DNA of 43,040 nucleotides from Macrostomum lignano (lineage: Eukaryota), in the NCBI GenBank assembly GCA_002269645.1, contig NIVC01004530.1:1-43040 (forward strand), read 5' to 3'. A program made the translations under genes and the position numbers. The notes below the pieces were generated by a model. That model did no database searches, was not told the origin of the DNA, and was given only the letters and a program-made list of their open reading frames with translations. Of this stretch, positions 1 to 9,364 are shown one piece after another. The first letter of the stretch is position 1, and each line of letters opens with the position of its first letter.

Positions 1-160
1 CCAGACGAATGCAAAAACTTGGCCTGGACCACTGCTTATCGTGTAGGACTTGACATCCTTCAACTCGGTTACAAGACCAGTAACCACTGCAATTATATGG
101 CCCAGTGTCAGGGAGCAATTGTATTCTTCGCTTCTTGTAGGTGTTGATTGCAGACTACAT
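1..160 (-). pseudogene. Diverged, disrupted paralog of exon 1 of the RPA70-like gene, running off the left edge
   Basis: Minus strand reads VVTGLVTELKDVKSYTISSGPGQVFAFV, versus PVTGLVTNLKDVHTYNNNKGQGQVFSFI in the array copies. The ATG at 160 is followed by a stop and an indel. Confidence 0.75.
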
Positions 161-389
161 TGAGATCAGTTGCAAATTTTCAAAGAAGCGACAACAAAAT
201 ACGTCTTAGAAAGCTTACGTGTAAGTCGAAATATCTGGTTAAGAATACAAGCCCACAGGAATCAATCCATCCGACTAAATGCAGGCACCCCTCCCGATCC
301 CTCTGAAATTTCATCGCTTCCCGCCTGCATCGGCATCGGGTTTGTAGGGTCTGGAAATCGCAAACTAAATGGCTAAGAGGACAGAACAA

Positions 390-690
390 ACTTCTTGTGT
401 TCCTTTGTGTTCATGCTTATTAGGACTTTACTTTTTACACTAATATTTTATATCCGCATAAAATGTTCCTACATATTAGATCCATACGTAGCGGAATGGC
501 GCCCGCGCCTTCCCGCTGTGTCCCTCCGGGACAGCCCTGCAGCTAAGTCAAGTAGATCCATACGAGTGTTGACAGGGGATTACCGGAGTCAGTTGCTCTG
601 CAGCAAAGATGATGATCAATGATCGTCAAGCGGAATGTCGTTGGGTGATCACGGCGCGAAAAAGCACTTCGTTTATGTGCTAAGTTGCAC
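390..690 (+). pseudogene. Diverged remnant of intron 2 / exon 3 of the RPA70-like gene
   Basis: Nucleotide blocks match 10665-10890: gtgttcatgcttattaggacttt vs gtattcatgcttaataggacttt; acgagtgttgacaggggattaccggagtcagtt vs acgagtgtcgacgggtgatgaccggagtcagtt; gcggaatgtcgttgggtgatcacggcg vs gcagaatgtcgttcgatgatcacagcg. Confidence 0.7.
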
Positions 691-1077
691 AAAATTTGTA
701 AATTTCAAAAAGATTAAATCTATGGCCGTGCAAATGCAGCAGTAGCTATATCAATTTGTTTTTAGCTCTTAGCTTTTAGCTGTATATTTCCTTGAAAGTG
801 CATTGGAAAATATTTTTAAAAAGAGTTCGTATAAATGCCTATATACAAAAAGTGTATATTTACTAGACATTGCAGTAAAACATATAAGGTGACATGGAGG
901 ACTATTTGTTATGGGTGAATAGTGAATACCGAACAGACAAACGAAAAAAGTTAACACAGCAGATGTGGGCTTTAAAAAAGTGAATTTTAAACAGATATGA
1001 TCATTGCACAGATGTGAAAAATAAAAAGATGCGAAAAAAGATTCAACAGATTTTAAAAGTAAGAATGTGAACGCCAT

Positions 1078-2322
1078 CAGAAAACGGACTCCTGTGAGGG
1101 AATTCTGCCAATCCAGGCTTGTTGTAAAGGTTGTCCCGAAAATGAGAAAAACACTTTCGATTCCACGCCGTGACTTAGCTGATGTCGAAGAAAGTCCGCA
1201 GCCACAAGAAAAATGGACAATATTCGGATGACAAACGGCTTTCCACCAAAAAGAGGCTTTACCATGATGGCTAGAACTGTTCGTGCAGCCTGACTGGCAT
1301 CGTCGCTAGCACGTCTCATCGTGCACCGGTTACGTACGAACATCAAACATCAGAACACAATTTCGCTGAGGACCAGAAATCTTGGAAAAACCTATCGCGT
1401 AATTTTGATTGCATCATACTCTATGCCCAGCTCCCCATTTCTTCGAGTTGATGTCGTTGCATGCTCTGATGGGGCAATGGAATGAGTGTTCTAATGTATG
1501 AATAGGCGGAGTTACTGATCAGGTTAAGTAAGGCCGACTGCCGAATGATAGAGTGCTATATCTGCGAGCAGTCGGTGAGCCCAGTGTTAGCTTTAACTAG
1601 CAAGAGTTTTATAGTTGGATCCGAAATCTCTAACGCTGCGCTTTCAATAGCGAATATGTTGCTTTTCGTGAAATACAAAATCTCGTTCTCAACTGAAACT
1701 CAAAGTTTTTGCATCGTACGATAATTGCATCTAGTTGCGACCAATATATCAGCGTGGGTTGAAAACCATAAGTAGGTCACGAACAGTAAGCGGCGTATGC
1801 ATTTTGTAGGCGCGAATAGCAAAATTTGACGAAATAGACAATCGAACAAGCGTATCTTCGTTGGAGTCCAATAAAACAAATATAAATCCTACAGAAAAAT
1901 GTAACCACTTAGGAGTGGCGCTTGAATGTTTCAGAGTCCTGTACGGAATCACACACACTATTCCACGAAGATATGATGTCGTGTCGCGCAGCTGAAACTC
2001 CTCCAATTCATCGCATCATCGCCACTTCGTACGTCAAAGACTCCAAAGAGAACACTTCTCGCCTTCACATCTCTATTTCGTTCTAAAATGTAAAAAATCG
2101 TTTCCTGGGCGCTTCGAGGAAGTCTAGATTTTATCAACCAAATACTAAAGTCTTAAGTACAAATAGGTATCCAAAGCAACCATATCTTGGTTGTGGATAA
2201 GACAAGACGAAGGAACTCCATCGAAAATAGAAGGTGGATCCTCTAGGACCTCGAATCGTCGCTTTTCACCATAGCTGTGTCCGGTGGCCAGTGTTTGGCG
2301 CAGATTCCCATGTGATCTGTCT
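1078..2322 (-). pseudogene. THAP/P-element-like (THAP9-like) transposase, second half of THAP domain plus N-terminal core, degenerate
   Basis: KTDHMGICAKHWPPD and DPPSIFDGVPSSCL (THAP C-terminal half), DELEEFQLRD, SAYSYIRTLIPLP, QRNCVLMFD, AARTVLAIMVKPLFGGKPFVIRIL. Multiple stops and frameshifts. Confidence 0.7.
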
Positions 2323-2700
2323 TCCACCTATACTAAATGACTAAGATTTGTCTGTCCAGATTTAACGCTCTAGTCCTTCCTTCCTATTCATCCAACTATA
2401 CTAAATCTCTAAAGTCTGTCTGTCTGTCTGTGGAATCATCATCATCATCATTCATCATCATCATCATCACAATATACTATACTTTATTTTACTATACTAA
2501 ATCTCTAAGATCTGTCTGTCTGACCGGTATTCCAGTCTACAGCCTGAATGCCTGAACCGATTTTTTTCAAACTTGCTTTATTCAATTCCAAATTCTTGTG
2601 AGATTGTGTGGGTGTAATTGCATTGAAAAATTCGAATGGGAAGATGGTTAAATATTCGAAAAACGAGTTTTCCCAATGCTTTTAATGGGAGGCTAGAAAA
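2323..2700 (+). mobile_element. Stacked Helitron-type 5' ends
   Basis: Three copies of (TCCA.)CTATACTAAAT...(TCTG)n at 2323, 2391 and ~2491, followed by TGAACCGATTTTTTTCAAACTT and TAAATATTCGAAAAAC. This resembles the 5' region of Lep1-type non-autonomous Helitrons. Confidence 0.65.
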
Positions 2701-3040
2701 GGTCAAAATCTTGACTAACTGAATAGCAATTCCAATTAAGATTGCGCCACAACTTTTCTCTCTTCATTGTGTAGTAGGCCTCAGTACTGGATGCAGTAAG
2801 GGAGAGGAAAATAATGCTCAGTAGCTGCGTGTGTACATTCTGACTCTGGCTGACTGGCGGACTACATAGACAATTGCTATTAATAGATTTCACTCAACAT
2901 GTGCATTGGCTCTGCCTGCATACAACATGTGCACACTGAGCAGCCTATCCCTGCTATGTATTTGACTGCGGTGCCAAAGCATATATGTCTGATTTTTGCG
3001 CCCTCCGATCAGTAGGCGGAATAGCCGCAGTGTAGACATT

Positions 3041-3156
3041 GGGGTCGTACTATAAAGCTGTCGTAGCGTAAGTTCGAACGTACGTCGGAACTTTTACACT
3101 GCGGAGATAAGAGCTAAGAACGATCTTATCTTACGATGGCTTTATAGAACGGGTCC
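3041..3156. mobile_element. 116-bp MITE (possibly PIF/Harbinger-like)
   Basis: Imperfect TIRs GGGGTCGTACTATAAAGCTGTCGTAG / (rc) GGACCCGTTCTATAAAGCCATCGTAAG, flanked by a 3-bp direct repeat ATT. Confidence 0.55.
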
Positions 3157-3829
3157 ATTAGGACTAGGTTTAGGCTAGGCGTAAGGTCCAAGGTTCGAGT
3201 CTGCCTCCCCAGCGGTGAATTAAAATTAAATAAATTCATTCATTGGTAGCTTGTGCCTCGACTATTTTGAACATTTTTTTGAATAATAGTAATTTAAAAA
3301 TATTTTTTAATTACAATAATTTATTTTTGCTACTCACACAAGCCACTAAGCAAATTTGATTTGATTTGTAAAATCCTAAGATCCCATTAATTGTTATTAT
3401 CTAGGTCTATGGAAGTATTAAATTACTAAACTGCAGACGATGCTGCTAAACTGCTGAGGTATTGCTAAATGCTGAGTGATGCAAAAGATTGCCGATATGT
3501 ATCGAAAATCGATTAGTGAGCCATACAATGCTGAGCTAATTTCTACATTATTGAAAGGATCATTGCAGTTTGCTGAGGATACTGATGCTGATACTGATTT
3601 CTGAGGTAGTTCCTCCAGACCTATGAGTGTATAGCTGCAAACTGCTGAGGGGATAACTATCTAAAGAGTTTTAAGTGGATAATAACGGTGAAGTATTAAG
3701 TGCAAGTTGTTGAGGCGATAACTGCGGACTGCTGAGTGAATTATTGTAGTTTGCTGATGTTAATGAAAGTTGTAGACGGCAAAGTGGATAACTGTAGGCT
3801 GCTAAGAGTACTACTGCAGTCTGTTTTGC

Positions 3830-5640
3830 GGGATTAAAAGGATTAAAAGGATATGGATGGGTGGGGGATTCTTTGGATATGGATGGGTGGGGGATTCTTT
3901 GGATATGAATGGGTGGGGATTCTTTCGATGGGGACTCTGTGAATGAGGGACTCTTTTAATAGGGATTCTTTTGAAGGGGATTCTTTGCATATGAGATGTT
4001 ATGGATGGGCAATGCATTGGATGGGAAATTCTTCAGATAGGAGAATTCCTTGAATGGGGAATTCTTTGGATCCGGGATTCTATTAATAGGGGTTCTTTGG
4101 ATGGGAGATTTTTTGATATGGATGGAGGTCGAGGATTTTTTGGATAGGGATGGATAGGGGGATTCTTCGGATCGGGGATTCTATCGATGGGGGTTCTTTG
4201 GATGGGGATTCTCTGCATGTAAGATTCTATGGATGGGCAATTCTTCAGATAGGAGAATTCCTTGAATGGGGAATTCTTCGGATCGGTGATTCTATCGATG
4301 GGAGGTTTTTTGGATGGCGGATTCTTTTCATGTGAGATTCTTTGCATCGTGGATTTTATGGGTGGTGTATTCTTTGGATGAGGGATTCTTTGTATGGGAG
4401 ATTCAGTTGGGTGAAATTTTATTGCGTGGGAAAACTGTGGCTGGAGTTTGGACGGAAAGCCCCAACGGGAGTTGGAATTGGCTAGCTGAGGAAATTGATC
4501 CCTAATCTTGCTGGGGTACTTTCTATCAGGGGATGCTTGCTATCGGAAGGACGCTTGCTCTTGGGGTATGCTTGCTCGGAAGAGAATTTTAAGATGTCAA
4601 GATTTACAAGGGGAATTATTGAGATACATGTATAAAATCTTACCTTGGGGAATTAATGACATGTGAAGGCTTAAATGGGACTTGCTGAGATGCCAAGGCT
4701 TGTGGGGGAATTGCTGAGGTGTGAAGGCTTAAAAAGGAATTGCTGAGGTCTTAAGTCTCGGGGAGGGGAATCGCTAAGATGTCAAGACTTACTGGAGGAA
4801 TTACTGAGATATGAAGGCTTACTGGGAGAATTACTGAGATATCAAGGCTTGGGGAGGGGAATTACTGAGATGTCAAGGCTTTGGACGGGGAGAAATTGGT
4901 AACATGTCAAGGCTTGCGCCGGAATTGCTTAGATGTCAATGCTTGGGGAAAATTTCTGAGGTGTCGAGGCTTGGGGAAATTGCTGAAATGTTAAGTCTTG
5001 GGGAATTCTATGGATTGATGATTCTTTGGATGAGGGATGCTTCTAATGGATAAATTTGGATAGGTGATTCATTGGGCAATTTCTTCGGTGGGGCATTGTT
5101 TCGATTGAGGGTTTTTTGAATGGGGGATTCTTTAGATGAATGATTCTTTAGATGGGGGTTATTTGACGGGGGTTTTTTAGATGAGAGGATTCTGGATTCT
5201 TTGGCCAATTATGCTTTTGATGGGGGATTATTTAAGGATGTGAATTATTTAGAGGGGGATTTTTTGGAGAAGTAATTTTTTGGATATGGATGGTTAAGGT
5301 GATTATTTAGATAGGAATGGATGGGGAAATTCTTTGGATAGGGATGAATAGGAGGATTCTTGGGATAGGGATGGATGGGGGATTGTTTAGATAGGGATGG
5401 ATGGGCGATTCATTAAATAGGGAATTCTACAGATAGAGGATTCCTTGAATGGGCAATTCTTCGGATCGGGGATTCTGTCGATGGGGGGTTCTTTGTATGG
5501 GATTCTTTGGATGAGGGTTTTTTGCATGTGAGATTATTTGCATCAGGGACTTTATGGATTAGAGATTCTTTGGATGGGGGGGGTTCAGTTGGGTGAATTT
5601 CTTTTGCGTGGAAAAACTTTGGTAGGAGTTCTGACGGAAA
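3830..5640. repeat. Degenerate G/A/T-rich minisatellite blocks
   Basis: Recurrent GGGGATTCTTTGGATG-like motifs (3830-4400, 5005-5600) and GGGGAATTGCTGAGATGTCAAGGCTT-like motifs (4590-5005). A block duplicates between ~4230-4485 and ~5420-5667. Confidence 0.8.
4460..4485 (+). mobile_element. Internal Helitron 3' terminus
   Basis: CCCC-AAC-GGGA + GTTGGAATTGG (11 nt) + CTAG. Confidence 0.6.
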
Positions 5641-5641
5641 G

Positions 5642-5667
5642 CCCCAACGGGGGTTGGAATTGGCTAG
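5642..5667 (+). mobile_element. Internal Helitron 3' terminus
   Basis: CCCC-AAC-GGGG + GTTGGAATTGG (11 nt) + CTAG followed by T. Confidence 0.7.
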
Positions 5668-5900
5668 TCAAATATACTAAAAATCAAAACTATATGTATA
5701 TATGTCAATTGGTGCCATGTAAAATAGCCGTCTTCTCGTCGTTTACGCGAATGCGTTGTCCGATTTTCTTCAAATTTGCACCATTCGATCACAAATTTTT
5801 GCGTCTCGGTACATGCATTTTGGCTAAGAAATTGCTCGATGCTGAAGGCATTAAATATTCGAAAAACATGCTTTTTTGCAAAGGTCAAGCAAACTTTTCG
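5668..5900 (+). mobile_element. Helitron-type 5' end directly abutting the previous CTAG
   Basis: TCAAATATACTAAAAATC start. Shares CCGATTTTCTTCAAATTTG and TAAATATTCGAAAAAC with 2553-2664. Confidence 0.6.
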
Positions 5901-6196
5901 ACTTGAAATGCATAAGAATGCTAAGAGAAAAAATTGACTGGTTGAATTCTGATTCTGAAATAGATTGCATCATTACTGAATTGTAACTCCGACTTGAATT
6001 GCGTCACAGTATTTAAAATGCAGTGTGGAAGCGTAGCACCAGACTTGATTTAGATTGCGTAGCACCAGACTTGATTCAGTCAACTTTAATTTAATTGAGA
6101 CTGATACTGACTTGCCTGGGAAATTGATTATGTCATAACTGCTTCGTGAGTGAGTGTTGAATTATATAGGTGCTACAATTTCATTTATAAATTCGA

Positions 6197-6270
6197 TAAG
6201 AGCTAGCCTAGATGTGAACAGACTGGACTGCCAATGTCGCGACCTGGGTTCGAATCTTAGTAGAGAAATG
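6197..6270 (+). other. Degenerate tRNA-derived (SINE-head-like) segment
   Basis: A-box-like TAGCCTAGATG, B box GGTTCGAATC in a CTGGG/CTTAG stem, downstream T7 run. The acceptor and anticodon stems do not close, so it is not a functional tRNA. Confidence 0.3.
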
Positions 6271-6363
6271 TTTTTTTATTGAAAGCTTTTATTAAAGGAC
6301 TAATTAAAGGACTAAAGGTGTCATAGTATAGAGTATAGTATAGAGTATAGTATAGTACAGGTA

Positions 6364-6748
6364 TAAACAATCATAGAAGCGTCATGTAAAAATCATAGAA
6401 GCGTCATGAAAAATCATAGAAGCGTCATGTAAAAAATCATAGAAGCGTCATGTAAACAATCATAGAAGTGTCATGTAAAAATCATAAAAGCGTCATGAAA
6501 AATCATAGAAGCGTCATGTAAACAATCGTAAAAGCGTCATGTAAACAATCATAGAAGCGTCATGTAAAAAATCATAGAAGCGTCATGTAAAAATCAGAAG
6601 CATCATGTAAAAATCATAGAAGCGTCATGTAAAAATCATAGAAGCGTCATGTAAAAAATCATAGAAGCGTCATGTAAAAAATCATAGAAGCGTCATGTAA
6701 ACAATCATAGAAGCGTCAGGTAAAAATCATAGAAGCGTCATGTAAAAA
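6364..6748. repeat. ~22-bp minisatellite AAAAATCATAGAAGCGTCATGT
   Basis: About 17 direct copies with small length variants. Confidence 0.95.
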
Positions 6749-6807
6749 TCAATTTTCAATCAATAATTTTTGTCATTGTGATTTTTTTGTGTTTGTGATT
6801 TCAGAGC

Positions 6808-7060
6808 TCTACAGTCAGTAAACAGACAATAAAGTCTCTAAACAGACAATACAGCCTCTAAACAGACAATGCAGTCTCTAAAAAGACAATACAGCCTCTA
6901 AACACACAATACAGCCTTTAAACAGACAATACAGTCGTTTAACAGACAATACAGCCTCTAAACAGACAATACAGTCGTTTAACAGACAATACAGCCTCTA
7001 AACAGACAATAATACAGTCACTAATACAGCCTCTAAACAGACCATAAAATACAGTCAGTA
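6808..7060. repeat. 20-bp satellite CAGCCTCTAAACAGACAATA (leading short array)
   Basis: Direct repeats visible in the sequence. Confidence 0.9.
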
Positions 7061-8017
7061 AACAGATATAGTACAGGTATAAGCAGGTCAAACCTGTATG
7101 TATAATTGGAATTTATGAAGCAGCCCTCATTGAGAGTAGGTTGACTGCATCTTAACTGGGCTAAAAGAGTTTGTGAATGGTGTATAGGAGCTGCTCTATA
7201 TACCCTGTGGTTCCAGACTCTAAAAGGAGCATTTGCAGTCAAGCTCTGTAGCAGCCTTAAGCAGAGCTGAGCGACTTAATGTTTGGTTTGAGAATGAATG
7301 TCTCTACATTTGCTTACACCGAATGCATGCAATTGAGCAGTGACGCGAGTCGGCAGGTAGTCAGGATGGCATATACATGTGCATTTTTGTACCGCTAAAG
7401 CTATACTGGCTGCTTGTCGATGGCATCATCTGCTGAAGCGACAGTCGATCCTTTTGTAATAAATTATTACATTTTTCAATATCTGTACGAAATATTAAAC
7501 TTGCTCAGCGTTAGTAGTCAGAAGCAGATCATACATATATCGTTGGAATAAATACAAGTGTTTGTTTAACTTTTGTTTCAATTTTTAAACTTCAATTTGT
7601 GGTTGTTAATAGTTTAAAATTTAATTTGCCGTTTGCTTCTTTGTTAGTTATAGCAGTTAAAGATGGATAAAACAGTTTTTTGTACTGTGTATAATAATCG
7701 AAAAACTTATAAATGTTTAATAGTTCGGCGAATTCATTCATGCAGTTTCGTATTGTTCTACTTTCAAAGTAAGCCAGTATGAAATGGTAAGTGTGTATGT
7801 ACGGTCATTCTTTGTCATGACATGCTATGGTGAGAATGAATTATACTTTGAATATTTCATGGCATTAGAATATTCTGTTCACAAAACTTTGTACTGGTGC
7901 GCCATTCTTTCAAAAGTCCAAAAAAATAAATAAGTCTATCGCGGATTTTAATCAAAAGTCAAAAAAGTAATATAGTTTACTAAGATATAGTTTATTTATA
8001 TATATTAAAATAAATAT

Positions 8018-8591
8018 TCATTGGAAATTCATTGGCTGCGGCTGCTGTTGCTGCGGCTGCTGTTGCTGCTGCTGCGGCTGCTGCTGCTGCTGTTGCTGCT
8101 GCTGCGGCTGCTGCTGCTGCTGTTGCTGCGGCTGCTGTTGCTGCTGCTGCGGCTGCTGCTGCTGCTGTTGCTGCGGCTGCTGATGCTGCTGCTGTTGCTG
8201 CGGCTGCTCCTGTTGCTGCGGCTGCTGCGGCTGCTGCTGCTGCTGTTGCTGCTGCTGTTGCTGCTGCAGAAGGCGGGCGGCGGCCTTCATCGCGTTGCAG
8301 CTGGCTACGCGGTGGCGGCCTCCGCAGAAGAAACAAACGACTGGCAATTAAAAGAAGGGAAATTTTTGCAAAATTTATCAGTAATAATACGAGTAGCATG
8401 AAAGTCGGTAACAGGCTACAATTAGATTAAATTTAGGACTATACTCGAATGTACTCAAAGCTGAAGATTTACAGTGTCTTAGGAAGGTACTCACTACTCT
8501 TTCCGCGTGGGCCGCTGCCGCGCTGCCAGCCGCCTCGCCTACCGCTGCCGCCTCGCCTTCTACCGCCGCCGAATATTTGTGTAATATGCAT
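8018..8591 (-). CDS. Spliced RG-rich / CCHC zinc-knuckle / polyQ protein, ~139 aa (exon 1 8591-8495, exon 2 8340-8018), copy 1
   Basis: Exon 1 MHITQIFGGGRRRGGSGRRGGWQRGSGPRGKS ends at a GTGAGT donor (phase 1). Acceptor ttttaattgccAG. The join gives S-I-VCFFCGGRHRVASC (CX2CX3HX4C), then a Q/P tract. No internal stops. Confidence 0.6.
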
Positions 8592-9364
8592 CTTATCTTT
8601 TTATTATTATGACTCTAAAAACGAATCAGACTATATAGGCACTGAAACTGAGGTGTAGGGGCGAATAAAATAGGGGTTATGGGTTGTGCGTCGTCGCTTC
8701 GCTGAGCCTTAGGGTGGTTTTCTGTACAAGTCTGAGGCTTCCTATTGGTCGGTTGTGCAAGCGAGGGTGTGCAGGTCGGGGCTTTAGAGCGGCGATTGGT
8801 CTACAAATTGTCTAGCGTACTGGTGGCCATGCAGCCTGACTTGAGGGTCGCCTGTTTTTCTTTCCCGGCTTAGAAGGTGCGAAAATGGCTGAACCAGTCA
8901 GCCGCGCCATACAAGTTTTGTTTGTACAGTGAAGTACATGCGACCGCGAACTCTTAAAGTATTGCCTACACTTGCTGAGTCAGTCGGTGAGAATTGTGTC
9001 ACCATAAAACGAGATAGCAAACAAACAAAAGTATCAGGTGAGAAAAGTGAGGAGACCTTAGCTTACAGCAGAGGGTGCAGTGTGTGCTTTAATGCTGGGC
9101 ACGGGAGTGATTGGGGTGGGTTGTGTGTCCAGCCAATTAGATTGTGTAATAAAAATAAAAATGAATGCAAAATTGAGTACAATGTACTGGGCTGGAGGGG
9201 AGGTGGTGTTTTTTCGTGGCTACTTTTATTTCAACATATATACTTTGTGATTTGTTGAGCCTATTTTGTTGTCTTAAAGTTAAAGCTTATCATTGCTTAG
9301 AAAAAGTTTGATTGATACTTTTTATCAGTTCCTTTTTCGACTGTTGGATAATTCTTTGTGCAAA
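8592..9364. promoter_or_regulatory. Putative bidirectional promoter region between the divergent genes (repeated in each unit)
   Basis: CpG/GC-richer island at ~8660-8930 with reverse CCAAT boxes (ATTGG at ~8746 and ~8796), lying between two head-to-head ATGs. Function is inferred. Confidence 0.35.

Noticed and set aside
3811-5208. Pro/Ile/Lys-rich and Gly/Trp-rich ORFs
   Set aside because: Translations of degenerate minisatellite DNA.
7033-7242. 69-aa minus-strand ORF repeated in all five units (and the 109-aa ORF at 8929-9258)
   Set aside because: Conservation just reflects unit duplication. No recognisable motif, and they start or end in repeat or promoter sequence.
8018-8290. PolyQ tract derived from the CAA/CAG tails of the nearby LINEs
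   Set aside because: Only low-complexity similarity. No LINE 3' UTR sequence precedes the tract and it is in frame with a knuckle exon.
7992-8430. PolyAla, polyLeu and Ala/Val ORFs overlapping the CTG/CAG tract (also in units 2-4)
   Set aside because: They are alternative frames of a stop-free triplet repeat with no motifs or supporting splice sites. Only the polyQ frame has a knuckle and an in-phase upstream exon.
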